This document shows positions 39,139-49,657 of a stretch of 64,000 nucleotides of DNA, one piece after another; the stretch's first letter is position 1; every line of letters begins with the position of its first letter. Made by a program: the position numbers and the translations under genes. Below the pieces are notes generated by a model, which saw only the letters and a program-made list of their open reading frames with translations, ran no database searches and was not told where the DNA came from. Source of the stretch: an uncultured Candidatus Saccharibacteria bacterium (GTDB lineage: Bacteria > Patescibacteriota > Dojkabacteria > J137); the NCBI GenBank assembly GCA_965230975.1, contig OZ246402.1:165771-229770 (forward strand), read 5' to 3'.

Positions 39139-42100
39139 TTATGAAATAGCTGCAGGTTCTTCTATTTTTGCGTTTTCATCAAAATCAATTAATGTTTCGC
39201 CATAGTGAGACCTTACATTCCCGCTAATTTTTTCTTGTAAAACTTCTCCAACTGGAATTGGACGTCCGATTATAACATTTTCTTTCAATCCTCTCAAATG
39301 ATCTACTTTACCAATAAGGGCTGCGTCGGTTAGAACCCTAACTTGTTGCTCAAATGATGCTGCAGATAAGAAGCTTTCTGTTCTTAAAGCTGCGTTTGTA
39401 ACACCCATAATAACTCTTTCGAATTTAGCAATCCTCTTTCCTTCTGACCCTAATTTTTGATTTTCTACCATTACGTCTAGAATATCAACATAGTCTCCTG
39501 GTAAGAATAATTCGCTATCTCCGCTATCTTGAATTAAGGCGTATCTACTCATTTGTCTTGCAACAATTTCCAAGTGCCTGTCATCTGCTTCTAAACCTTG
39601 AATACCGTAAACATCTTGAACTTCTTTAATAACATACTTTTGTGCATCGGTTACAGATCTTAGTTTTGCCATTTCTTTAGGATCAATAGATCCAATTGTC
39701 AATTGAGTACCCTTTTCTACATGTTGTCCATCTTGTACTAGTAAGCTAATCATTGAATCTGCTTCTTTTTCTACTTCCATATCTTTTTCGGTTACTAGAT
39801 CTATACTGTTTTTGCTAACAGATGCTACTCCAGTGAAATCTGCCTTTATATCTTTACCACTCTTCTTGCCTAATAAGTCGCCAGCCTTTACCTTTGCACC
39901 ATCTTTTATAGCAATATCTTCTGCAGAATCAAATTCATATTTTTTATGAACTTTCTTTTTATCTGCAATTCTTATTGTTACTTTCTTCTTATCTTCTACA
40001 ATTGTTACAGTACCAGAAATATCGGCTAATAATGCTAATGCCTTTGGAGTTCTAGCCTCAAGTAATTCCTCTACTCTTGGTAAACCTTGAGTAATGTCGG
40101 ATTTTGCAGCTCTAGCGTCAGATTTACTTTTTAGTGTTAACTGAGTTGTTGGTTCTCCAAGGGCTTGAGATGCAATTGTACCAACTGCTTCTCCAATATT
40201 GATAATTTCTCCGGTACCGTTATCTACACCGTAACACTTAATACACATTCCATGGGCTTTTTCACAAGTTAATGGACTTCTAACTTTCACTTTTGTAATA
40301 TTCTCGTTTTCTGCAATTTCTTTTGCTATTTTTGGTGTAATGTATTCATTTCTTTTAATCACAATCTCTCCAGTTTTACTATCTGCCAAGTCTTCTGCAA
40401 CAAATCTACCTTTAATTCGGTTTGCATAAGCTTGAAGTCTAGCTTCTGATTTATCTATAAATATTCCGTTTTCTGTACCACAATCTTCTACATTTACTAC
40501 AACATCTTGAGCTACGTCATGCAATCTTCTAGTTAAGTAACCAGAGTCTGCTGTTCTTAGCGCAACATCTGCGAATGATTTTCTTGCTCCTCTTGCAGAT
40601 ACAAAGTATTCAAAGCTTGATAAACCTGATTTAAAGTTACTCTTAATAGGTAAATCTACGATATTACCTGTTGGGTCAATAACGTATCCACCTACTCCAG
40701 AGATCTTTTTAACCCAAGCACTTACTGGAGTTGCTCCAGACTGGTCAAGGTCAACCAAGTTCTTTGAGTTTTGTTTTGCAATGCTCCAAACTTCGCTTTG
40801 TAGCTTGTCTGCTGCATCTGCCCATTGCTCTCTTTTTAACCACTTTAATTCGTTTAATGTGATTAAACCTTCGTTGTATTGCTCAATAAGTTTGTTTTCT
40901 ACATCTGCAAAGTTTTCTAATCTAGTCTTTAGTTCATCATTTGCACCAAATTCAAATTCTTCCATAGAGATTGACAATCCGTGTTTAGCAGCATATTGGA
41001 AACCTAAAGTTTTAATTTCGTCTAATACTCTAATCGCCTCATCTCTACCATATCTATCAAAGATATTTGCAGATATTTTAGAAATATCACTTTGGTTTAA
41101 TGATTTGTTTACAAATTCATAGTCGCTAGGTAGTGCTTTGTTGAAAATTGCTCTACCAGCTGTTGTTACAATAACCTCACCATTTAAAAGTAATTTAATT
41201 GGATCGCTAAAGCTAATTTTTCCGGTATAGTAGTCTGCAATTGCTGATTCATCTGATGAATAGAATCCAACTGGGTTAGCTTCGTTTCCTTCTAGTTTTG
41301 TTAAGAAGTAAATACCCATGGCCATGTCAAACTTTGTGTGAATCAAAGGTGACCCGTCTCTTAAAGATAAAATATTATCTTTAGCAAACATTCTCTTTTT
41401 AACTTCTTCAATAGAAGCTTCTGAAAGTGGCAAATGAACTGCCATTTGGTCTCCGTCAAAGTCAGCGTTAAAACCTTTACATGTAATTGGGTGCAATCTA
41501 ATAGCGCTACCTTCTATTAATACTGGGTAGAAAGCCAAAATAGATTGTCTGTGTAAGGTTGGAGCTCTGTTTAGTAAAACAGGGTGGTCTTTACTTACAT
41601 CTTCTAAAATATCCCAAACGTCATCTGACTTGCTTTCAAATACAAGCTTTGCCCTTGCAGGGTTTGCTGCATATCCTCTAGCAATTAATTCTCTGATAAT
41701 GAATGGTTTAAATAGTTCTAATGCAATTGTTTTTGGTAAACCACACTGGTCAAATCTTAATTCTGGACCAGCAACAATTACTGCGTTTCCAGAGTAGTCT
41801 ACTCTTTTACCCAATAAGTTTTGTCTAAATCTACCTTGCTTACCTCTTAACATGTCAGATAATGATTTAAATGGCATGCCTCTTGAGTTTAATGAAGGTG
41901 ATCCTGGTTTGTGATTATTATCTAATAAAGAGTCAACAGCTTCTTGAAGCATTCTTTTTTCATTTCTTAAAATGATTTCAGGTGCTCCTAATGCGATTAA
42001 TCTTCTTAATCTATTGTTTCTGTTAATTACTCTTCTATATAGGTCGTTTAAGTCGTAAGTAGCAAATCTACCTCCTGGTAATTGAACAATTGGTCTTAAA

Positions 42101-43086
42101 TCTGGAGGAATTACAGGTAGTATATCCATTATTATTGCAGATGGATTTACGCCGGATTTTCTAAGTCCTTTAAGAATTCGAACTCTTTGTACTAATCTGC
42201 TTCTTTTCATTGCAGATTTGCTTACAGCAAGCTCTGCTTCAATTGTTTCAATTTCTGCATTTATATCTAGCTTTAATAAAAGCTCTTTAATTGCTTCTGC
42301 ACCCATTCCTGCCTCATAAAAGTAGAATGCATATCCGTCTAATAATTGAAACTCCTCTTCTGAAAGAGTTGTTCCAAGTCTCATGTCTTCAATTAAATTC
42401 TTGATATCTGTGAACTTTTTATCAATATTTTCTTCTCTTTGTTTGTATGCAGATTTTATTTTTGCAGCTTCTACTTTTTCTGAATTTCTTAATCTCTCTA
42501 ATTGCATTTCTGCTTTTGATTTATCTTTGTTAGCTTTTCTTACATCTTCTGATTCTTCTTCAAACCTTGCTTTATTTTCGTTAATTTTTGATTCTAATTC
42601 TGTTGCAAGCTCTTCAACTTCTGTTTTTTTGTACTCTTCTAGGTTTTCTAAAGCTTTTTTTCTATCTTCTTCGTTGATTGTGGTTACAACATATCTTGCG
42701 TAATAAATTACGGTTTCAATTTTCTTTTGAGGGATATCTAAGATCAAAGAAAGTCTATTAGGTACACCATTAGAGAACCAAACATGTGCGATTGGAGCGG
42801 CTAGTTTAATGTGACCCATTCTCTCTCTTCTTACTCTTTTGTGCGTTACTTCTACTCCACATCTATCGCAAACGATACCTTTGTATCTAATCTTTTTGTA
42901 TTTTCCGCAATAACATTCAAAATCTCTAGTTGGACCAAAGATCTCTTCTGCCATCAATCCTCCTGGTTCTGGCTTGAATGTTCTATAGTTGATTGTTTCC
43001 GCCTTTGTTACCTCTCCATGAGACATATTTAGTATGTCTTGGGCAGAAGCGATTGTTATCTTGACTGCTGTAAAATCTTTTAACAT
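39139..43086 (-). CDS. rpoC: DNA-directed RNA polymerase subunit beta'
   Basis: CYCGKYK Zn finger, GKQGRFRQNLLGKRVDYSG, NADFDGDQMAVH, SGYLTRRL, LKENVIIG. Confidence 0.98.
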   Translation of the reverse strand: MLKDFTAVKITIASAQDILNMSHGEVTKAETINYRTFKPEPGGLMAEEIFGPTRDFECYCGKYKKIRYKGIVCDRCGVEVTHKRVRRERMGHIKLAAPIAHVWFSNGVPNRLSLILDIPQKKIETVIYYARYVVTTINEEDRKKALENLEEYKKTEVEELATELESKINENKARFEEESEDVRKANKDKSKAEMQLERLRNSEKVEAAKIKSAYKQREENIDKKFTDIKNLIEDMRLGTTLSEEEFQLLDGYAFYFYEAGMGAEAIKELLLKLDINAEIETIEAELAVSKSAMKRSRLVQRVRILKGLRKSGVNPSAIIMDILPVIPPDLRPIVQLPGGRFATYDLNDLYRRVINRNNRLRRLIALGAPEIILRNEKRMLQEAVDSLLDNNHKPGSPSLNSRGMPFKSLSDMLRGKQGRFRQNLLGKRVDYSGNAVIVAGPELRFDQCGLPKTIALELFKPFIIRELIARGYAANPARAKLVFESKSDDVWDILEDVSKDHPVLLNRAPTLHRQSILAFYPVLIEGSAIRLHPITCKGFNADFDGDQMAVHLPLSEASIEEVKKRMFAKDNILSLRDGSPLIHTKFDMAMGIYFLTKLEGNEANPVGFYSSDESAIADYYTGKISFSDPIKLLLNGEVIVTTAGRAIFNKALPSDYEFVNKSLNQSDISKISANIFDRYGRDEAIRVLDEIKTLGFQYAAKHGLSISMEEFEFGANDELKTRLENFADVENKLIEQYNEGLITLNELKWLKREQWADAADKLQSEVWSIAKQNSKNLVDLDQSGATPVSAWVKKISGVGGYVIDPTGNIVDLPIKSNFKSGLSSFEYFVSARGARKSFADVALRTADSGYLTRRLHDVAQDVVVNVEDCGTENGIFIDKSEARLQAYANRIKGRFVAEDLADSKTGEIVIKRNEYITPKIAKEIAENENITKVKVRSPLTCEKAHGMCIKCYGVDNGTGEIINIGEAVGTIASQALGEPTTQLTLKSKSDARAAKSDITQGLPRVEELLEARTPKALALLADISGTVTIVEDKKKVTIRIADKKKVHKKYEFDSAEDIAIKDGAKVKAGDLLGKKSGKDIKADFTGVASVSKNSIDLVTEKDMEVEKEADSMISLLVQDGQHVEKGTQLTIGSIDPKEMAKLRSVTDAQKYVIKEVQDVYGIQGLEADDRHLEIVARQMSRYALIQDSGDSELFLPGDYVDILDVMVENQKLGSEGKRIAKFERVIMGVTNAALRTESFLSAASFEQQVRVLTDAALIGKVDHLRGLKENVIIGRPIPVGEVLQEKISGNVRSHYGETLIDFDENAKIEEPAAIS

Positions 43087-43111
43087 ATTTAATTAATAAA
43101 AGTTATTAGTA

Positions 43112-43135
43112 TGGATTGCGGTTTCCCGCAATCCA
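43112..43135 (-). other. stable hairpin between rpoB and rpoC (processing/stability element)
   Basis: TGGATTGCGG-GAAA-CCGCAATCCA on the minus strand, no adjacent U-tract. Confidence 0.55.
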
Positions 43136-43148
43136 ATAAATTCAAAAT

Positions 43149-46100
43149 TTAAAAACTAGAATCAGACTCCATTAAAGCGGAAACTGTCTCATCATTTCCT
43201 ATAGAATCAACAATTTCTTCAAGCGCCATATCGCTTCTTTCTTCGTCATATTCTGGATTAATTTTATCCATCTTTATTCCTAAACCTGCTAACTCTTTGT
43301 CCAATACATTAAATGATTCTGGAACTGTTGGAGCTGTAATTCTTTGACCTGAAATTATAGCTTTGTAAGCTGCCGCTCTACCAACTACGTCATCTGACTT
43401 AATTGTAAGCATTTCGTGCAATACATGTGGTACTGCGTGAGCCTCAAGTGCCCAAACTTCCATTTCTCCAAATCTTCGTCCTCCTCTTTGAGCTTTACCT
43501 CTAAGTGGCTGTTGGGTTACTAATGTGTATGGGCCAGTTGATCTTGCATGTACTTTGTGATCTGCCAAGTGGTCTAGTTTGAATGTGTATTTCATTCCAA
43601 CTGTTACTTTGTGGTTGAACTTTTCTCCTGTTCTACCATCAAATAGATCAACTTTTTCTACATAATCTAATCCTTGGTCTTTAGCCATTTGGATTAACTT
43701 ATCTAGGTCGTATTCAGCAAAAGGTTGTACTTCTACTTTTACGCCTAATTTATGTGCCAATTCCCCAACATGTGTTTCTAATAACTGACCAAGGTTCATT
43801 CTTCTGATCATTGAGATCGGGTTAAGAATGATGTCTACTGGTCTTCCATCTTCTGTGTAAGGCATGTCTGCTTCTGGAACGATCTTTGTAACTACTCCCT
43901 TGTCTCCGTGGAAACCTGTTAATTTGTCTCCAACTGATATTTTATGAGTTTTAGCTACCCATACTTTAACTTGTTTAATTACACCAGCGTTTAATTTTGC
44001 ACCGCTTGATCTATCTAATACTTGAATTCCAACTACAACTCCATGTTCTCCATGGGGAACTCTTAGCGAGTTGTCTCTAACATCTCTTGCATATTCTCCA
44101 AAGATTGCTCTTAATAATTTTTCTTCTGCTGTTAATTCTGTTTCTCCTTTTGGGGCAATGATTCCAACTAATATATCGTTAGATTGAACATTTGCACCGA
44201 TTCTAACTACACCTTCTTCGTCTAAGTTTCTTAAAGCCCATTCTCCTACACCCGGAATATCTCTTGTTACTTGTTCGTTTCCAAGTTTTGTTTCTCTAAT
44301 TTCTTGTACATATTCTTGAATATGCACAGATGTTAAAACGTCATCTTTAACTAATCTTTCAGAAATTACCATTCCGTCTTCAAAGTTATAACCATCGTAT
44401 ACAACGTAAGCTACTCTTAAGTTAGCACCTAATGCTAGCTCTCCGTTTTGACTACAAGGAGCATCTACTAAGACCTCTCCTTTATCAAACTTGTATCCAG
44501 GTAATACATTTACGCTTTGTGAGAAAGATGAGTTTTGATTTGTTCTTACAAATTTCTCTACTGGGTAAGTTACTTTGTTTTTTTGACCTTTGTATTGAAC
44601 AACAACTTTTTGAGCGTCCGCTTCTATAACTTCACCAGCTTCTTCTGCATAAATTGCTCTACCGGTTGCTTTAACTGCATCTTTTTCAAATCCAGTTCCA
44701 ACAATAGGAGAATCTGCTTTTACTAGTGGAATTGCTTGAGTTTGTGTCTTTGCTCCAATTAATGTTCTGTTAGGGTCATCGTTTCCTGCAAAAGGAATTA
44801 ATGAAAGTCCCATTGCTCCGATTTGTGCTGGACTAACGTCTACTAAGTCTACCTCGCTTGTAGGCACCTTAGCGTAGTTTGCACCATCTCTAACGTAAGT
44901 TGCTTTTTCTAAAATGTTTCCGTTTTCATCTGTATGAATACTTGAGCTTCCGATTTTGTGAGAAGCTTCTTCATCTGCATCTAGGTAAACAATCTCTTTT
45001 AACACAAATGGCATAACTTTAAATTCTTTAATACCCTCTTTTTCAATTTCAGCTAATGCTTTGTCTGTAATTACATCTCCAGCTTTAGCAATTGTTTTTT
45101 TACCACCAACAACATCTGTTCCAAATCTTCTGCCATTTAAGATATCTTTTTTGTCTTTCTCAAAGTTGAACTTGTTAACAACCTGATAGTAAGGTGCTTC
45201 TAAAAATCCAAATTCGTTAATGCTTGTATAGATTGCCATTTGGTTTACCATACCAACAGATGGACCCTCTGGAGTTGTTACAGGACATAATCTTGAGTAA
45301 TGAGAGTTGTGAACATCTCTAACAGAGAATGTTGCTCTCTCTTTTGTAAGTCCTCTTGGACCACCAGCGGAGATTTTTCTTTTTACTTCAAGTTCTGAGA
45401 ATACATTTTCTTGGTCCATGAATCTCATTAATGCAGAGCTACCAAAGAATTGATTAACTGCAGATATGATTGGTCTTGTATTAACAACCATTGCTGGTGT
45501 TACTTTTTCATCTGTAGAGTAAGTACTCATTTTGTCTCGGATGTTCTTTTCCATAATTAGAACACCGATTCTTAACTTTTCTGCTACCAATTCATCTACA
45601 CCTCTGATTCTTCTGTTACTTAAACTATCAATGTCGTCTGATTGTCTTACGCCATGATTTAATTCAAGTAAACATTTCATTACTTCTACAATGTCTCTCT
45701 TTTTTAATGTGTAGTCTGCAACTGTAAAGTCTTCTGTAATGCCAAGTTTTTTGTTTAGTTTATATCTACCAATTTTACCTAGGTAGAATCTTCTTTTGTT
45801 AAAGAAGATGTTATCTATTAATGCTTTTGCATTTTCAATTGTTACTGTATCTTCTGGTCTTAATTTTCTGTATATATCTATTAAAGCTTCTTCTGTATTT
45901 TTTGTTGGGTCTTTTCTTAGTGTTGCATCAATAAAGCTAGCTTCTCCCTTGTCAGAGTCTCCTAATGCTTTTTTGATTTCTGAATCTGAACTGTAACCTA
46001 ATGCTCTTAATAATGTAGTTAATAGGATTCTAGGTCTTTTTTGAAGCAGTTTAATGCTCATTACTCCGTATTTGTTTACTTCAAATTCGTACCAGTTACC

Positions 46101-46580
46101 TCTGTGAGGCATTAGTTTTACAGAATAAAGTCTCTTTTTTGGTGTTGATGCCTTGCTTTCACTAAATAAGACTCCTTCTGATCTTAAAATTTGGAAAACT
46201 ACTACTCTCTCGTTTCCGTTAACCATGAAAGAACCTCTGTCGCTCATGATAGGCATGTCTGCCAAAAAGATTTTTTGTTTTTTAATTTCTCCAGTTTTTT
46301 TGTTAACTAGTCTTATGTTTGCGTGTACGGGTGCGTCGTATGTTAATCCTAATAATTGAGCATCTCTAAAAGAGATTTTTGGTTCACCCCAATTAAAATC
46401 CTCAAAAGATAATTCCCAAGAATTACCTGTGTAATCTGCAATTGGTGATATTTCATCAAATAATTCGTAGAATCCGTTTTCTACAAATTGTCTAAAAAAC
46501 TTCTTTTGAGCCTCCAATAAGTCCATATCCAGGTGTGGAGTTGGGTTCTTGGTGAGGTTTACTCGGGTGACATTTGGCAT
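43149..46580 (-). CDS. rpoB: DNA-directed RNA polymerase subunit beta
   Basis: NGNERVV, RDVHNSHYSRLCP..TPEG, GYNFEDG, HARSTGPY, RFGEMEVWALEA. Confidence 0.98.
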   Translation of the reverse strand: MPNVTRVNLTKNPTPHLDMDLLEAQKKFFRQFVENGFYELFDEISPIADYTGNSWELSFEDFNWGEPKISFRDAQLLGLTYDAPVHANIRLVNKKTGEIKKQKIFLADMPIMSDRGSFMVNGNERVVVFQILRSEGVLFSESKASTPKKRLYSVKLMPHRGNWYEFEVNKYGVMSIKLLQKRPRILLTTLLRALGYSSDSEIKKALGDSDKGEASFIDATLRKDPTKNTEEALIDIYRKLRPEDTVTIENAKALIDNIFFNKRRFYLGKIGRYKLNKKLGITEDFTVADYTLKKRDIVEVMKCLLELNHGVRQSDDIDSLSNRRIRGVDELVAEKLRIGVLIMEKNIRDKMSTYSTDEKVTPAMVVNTRPIISAVNQFFGSSALMRFMDQENVFSELEVKRKISAGGPRGLTKERATFSVRDVHNSHYSRLCPVTTPEGPSVGMVNQMAIYTSINEFGFLEAPYYQVVNKFNFEKDKKDILNGRRFGTDVVGGKKTIAKAGDVITDKALAEIEKEGIKEFKVMPFVLKEIVYLDADEEASHKIGSSSIHTDENGNILEKATYVRDGANYAKVPTSEVDLVDVSPAQIGAMGLSLIPFAGNDDPNRTLIGAKTQTQAIPLVKADSPIVGTGFEKDAVKATGRAIYAEEAGEVIEADAQKVVVQYKGQKNKVTYPVEKFVRTNQNSSFSQSVNVLPGYKFDKGEVLVDAPCSQNGELALGANLRVAYVVYDGYNFEDGMVISERLVKDDVLTSVHIQEYVQEIRETKLGNEQVTRDIPGVGEWALRNLDEEGVVRIGANVQSNDILVGIIAPKGETELTAEEKLLRAIFGEYARDVRDNSLRVPHGEHGVVVGIQVLDRSSGAKLNAGVIKQVKVWVAKTHKISVGDKLTGFHGDKGVVTKIVPEADMPYTEDGRPVDIILNPISMIRRMNLGQLLETHVGELAHKLGVKVEVQPFAEYDLDKLIQMAKDQGLDYVEKVDLFDGRTGEKFNHKVTVGMKYTFKLDHLADHKVHARSTGPYTLVTQQPLRGKAQRGGRRFGEMEVWALEAHAVPHVLHEMLTIKSDDVVGRAAAYKAIISGQRITAPTVPESFNVLDKELAGLGIKMDKINPEYDEERSDMALEEIVDSIGNDETVSALMESDSSF

Positions 46581-46914
46581 AATATAAACCTTAAATTTAA
46601 ATTATATTAAATATAGATACGAAAAAACGTACCAATAATAAGTACGTTGTTATTGATTAATTAAGTTGTGTTGCGTGTCTGTCTTGTGTTTTGACAATTT
46701 TGGTGATATTTTTTAATCAACTGGACGCCAAAAAAGACGTGGTAGAAGTTTACCAGTTAATGCTGTTTTTGTAAAGGTTTGTAACGTTTTTTATTTCTAA
46801 GATAGCTATTATTTTGAAACTATAACTTCTTAACAAATTTATAGTATCAATAAGTTGTAAAAAAATCAAAGAATTAGGTGTTTAAAAGATTGATCTTGTT
46901 GCTAGTAAGACTGT

Positions 46915-48435
46915 TTACTGTTCGCCTCTAAATTGATCATAGTAGATTCCTCTTAGCCAAAGCTCTTCGGCTGTTATGTATTGTTCTGCAAAAATCCCGT
47001 ATCTATTGACTAAATCCACGAGTTCGGCAGGAATATCGGGTCTTTCTACCATAATTACAGATAATGCTTCGGCAAATATTTCGCTTAATGGGCTAATAGC
47101 AGTTGTGTTTCTGTACAAAATTGCATCATTATAGAAATAAGGCAAGATGATCAATCTATAAATCTCCTCTCTCGTTGGGTTATTTCCTAAGTGAATACCA
47201 TAGACCCTTTTGAATTCATGATAAATACCTTCGTATCCTACTGTTTTCTTTGGGTTAAAGTGCCCAAGCCCGTAACCTACTTCAATCATTGAATTTAAAA
47301 AGGTTGTGTACTGTTGGTCTAAATTCTCTTCATTTTCCAGTAAATATATTATTTCTACTAAAAATGCTTGATTCAAACTTATTGATTGGTTCCAGTAATC
47401 TACGTTGATAAATTGTATGTAAGTTTGAGTTTGAAAAAACCTGTCATGAGCATATTCATGTGCAAGTGCATATGGATTTATTTGAAAGATTTCAAGGCTA
47501 GAATCATTCTCGTCTTTTAAATAGATGGCTCTTAATTCAGTGTTATATAATCCTGCGTAATTTCGATTGTTTGGATCGGGATCTAGAATGCTTGGGAACA
47601 TATTAAGACCTGAATTGAGTGCATTGGTTAGTTGGTCTTGAGATAATCCGTATAATGACCAAAGACATATAATTTGATTTAAAATATCTTGTCTTCTTTG
47701 TCTATAGAATTCAACAAAATTAATGAAATTTTCTAAACTCAAATTATCTGCAGTGGTAATATTCAAAATAGATCTGATATGTCTATTCACAGATTCTATA
47801 TTTGAAAGCAACATTTGGTTTGTTCCGAAAATTACATCATAGTAGTTTACTAAAGATCCATTGGCACTTAACCATAGGTTGTCTAAAATATTCCTAACAC
47901 TATTAGATCCAAAAGGAAAAAGCAGTGTAGATGCTATATACGGTAGTCTTCCAAGATAACTTGGATCTGCACCAATTTGCGCAAGGTTTTGTAACCTAAG
48001 TTCTAAATCAACCACTTCACTACCACCAATTCTTTGATTCATTAAATCAATCAATAGCCTAATATATTCATTCGCAAACATTCTTTCTGACTCTCTGAAA
48101 ACAGACAGTGCTCTTTCGAGTGCGAAATCAAATTCTCTGTTAGTGGATATTCTGGTTATTCCAAATTCATCAGTTGTGTATTCTAAAAACAGAAAAAGGT
48201 AATTTTGATAAGCCTCTAGCTGCTCAAAGGATTGAGACGCAGATATAAATTCTTGCTCGTTAACCTGAATATTTCCACGTTCGCATACTTGAATGCTGTC
48301 GGAGTTATCAGGCTCTATTATTTGTGTTTGTGCCTCGGTTACATTTGTAGTCGAGCCTATAATTGCTCCTGCGACTAAAGGTACCAATATTTTTTTACCC
48401 AAATTCATAACTGTTACTAAAAAGTAGTAACACAT
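46915..48435 (-). CDS. secreted putative zinc metalloprotease (HExxH)
   Basis: Signal-peptide-like N-terminus (likely start MNLGKK), AGLYN...LAHEYAH and downstream EIFAE third-ligand motif. Confidence 0.6.
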   Translation of the reverse strand: MCYYFLVTVMNLGKKILVPLVAGAIIGSTTNVTEAQTQIIEPDNSDSIQVCERGNIQVNEQEFISASQSFEQLEAYQNYLFLFLEYTTDEFGITRISTNREFDFALERALSVFRESERMFANEYIRLLIDLMNQRIGGSEVVDLELRLQNLAQIGADPSYLGRLPYIASTLLFPFGSNSVRNILDNLWLSANGSLVNYYDVIFGTNQMLLSNIESVNRHIRSILNITTADNLSLENFINFVEFYRQRRQDILNQIICLWSLYGLSQDQLTNALNSGLNMFPSILDPDPNNRNYAGLYNTELRAIYLKDENDSSLEIFQINPYALAHEYAHDRFFQTQTYIQFINVDYWNQSISLNQAFLVEIIYLLENEENLDQQYTTFLNSMIEVGYGLGHFNPKKTVGYEGIYHEFKRVYGIHLGNNPTREEIYRLIILPYFYNDAILYRNTTAISPLSEIFAEALSVIMVERPDIPAELVDLVNRYGIFAEQYITAEELWLRGIYYDQFRGEQ

Positions 48436-48501
48436 TATACCATGGATATAGATGATCAGTATGGATAAGCTTGTATATAAATTGAAAGCAAAATTTAAGG
48501 G

Positions 48502-48825
48502 TTATTCGCTTTTTGCTTGTTTTGCGGTTTTCTTAACGACTTTTTTCTTTGTTTTAGGCTTAGATACATCAGATTCTGCTCTCTCCTCTTTTTCTTGAGA
48601 TTTTCTTTTTTTATCCCACTTTTCTATCTCTTTATTTACCTCTTTTTCAAATTTCTTTAAGTTTTTATCTAAATCTTTAAATGTTTGTTTAACAACCTTT
48701 TTCCCTTCTGCTCTATCAAGGGCACCTTCCTTTTCTAGATCTGTCATGAATTTTTTGGCAGCTTCTTTGGTTAATTCAAAACTACCAACACCAAAAAGAA
48801 CTAATTTTTTTATTGTTTCGTTCAT
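48502..48825 (-). CDS. phasin-family (PhaF/PhaI-like) protein
   Basis: LFGVGSFELTKEAAKKFMTDLEKEGAL..EGKK plus Lys-rich tail. Confidence 0.7.
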   Translation of the reverse strand: MNETIKKLVLFGVGSFELTKEAAKKFMTDLEKEGALDRAEGKKVVKQTFKDLDKNLKKFEKEVNKEIEKWDKKRKSQEKEERAESDVSKPKTKKKVVKKTAKQAKSE

Positions 48826-48891
48826 AAAATAATTATTAAAATTTATAAATATTATTAATCATTATAATTCTTTATATCAATAATTAAATAG

Positions 48892-49569
48892 CTAAAGTTG
48901 TGTAATGCTTGTAAAAAACTTACCTTTGTTTACAACAGAATTATTATTCATATTATAAATCAAAATTATCTGTGAATTTGCAAATACTGCAATTAAGTCG
49001 TTATCCTTAGCATTTTTATAAAATTCTGGATTTTGCATTTTAAGAGGTTCGACATCTTGAATAGTTGTAACTTGAGGCAGTTCAGTAGAATCACTAGAAA
49101 TAAGATTTAAAGTTTTTGCTTGCTCAGTAATCGCGTTTAAAACCTCTTCTTGTACATTAACCAAGGCTTTATTTGGTGTGTCCCCTTTGTAAATAATTCT
49201 CTTTTCATCTTTTCTGTAAATAATTAATTTATCAGAATAACCGATTGCATAATCTCCGTTCTTCGCATTTTTATATACTTCTGCCTGAATAGCATTTTCA
49301 TTTCGCAAAGAATTTGCATCTGAAATCTGAGCAATTAAAGGTTGTTCATTTTGATTTAGTTCTGTAAGGTTTGCAACTTCAGCTAGAATTTGTTGGTTTG
49401 TATATTCTTGGTAAAGTCTTATTGGGTTAAGAATTAACAGTACTAAAGTTATTTGTAGCAAAATAATTATTAATGCTAGTGTTTTTAATCCAATCCGCAT
49501 TCTTATTTTATTAATAATCGATCTAACTTCTTTAACATAAGTTGAAGATTGTTTAATTTGTTTATTCAT
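48892..49569 (-). CDS. membrane-anchored protein with internal tandem domain duplication
   Basis: Two units: EQPLIAQISD..YKNAKNGD..IIY and ELPQVTTIQD..YKNAKDND..LIY. Confidence 0.7.
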   Translation of the reverse strand: MNKQIKQSSTYVKEVRSIINKIRMRIGLKTLALIIILLQITLVLLILNPIRLYQEYTNQQILAEVANLTELNQNEQPLIAQISDANSLRNENAIQAEVYKNAKNGDYAIGYSDKLIIYRKDEKRIIYKGDTPNKALVNVQEEVLNAITEQAKTLNLISSDSTELPQVTTIQDVEPLKMQNPEFYKNAKDNDLIAVFANSQIILIYNMNNNSVVNKGKFFTSITQL

Positions 49570-49657
49570 ATTTGTTTTCTTTAATAATAATATTGTACCA
49601 CTCTTAATTTATACCTTAGCCAATCAGAATTGTAACTATTTAGGGTATAATTCAAGT

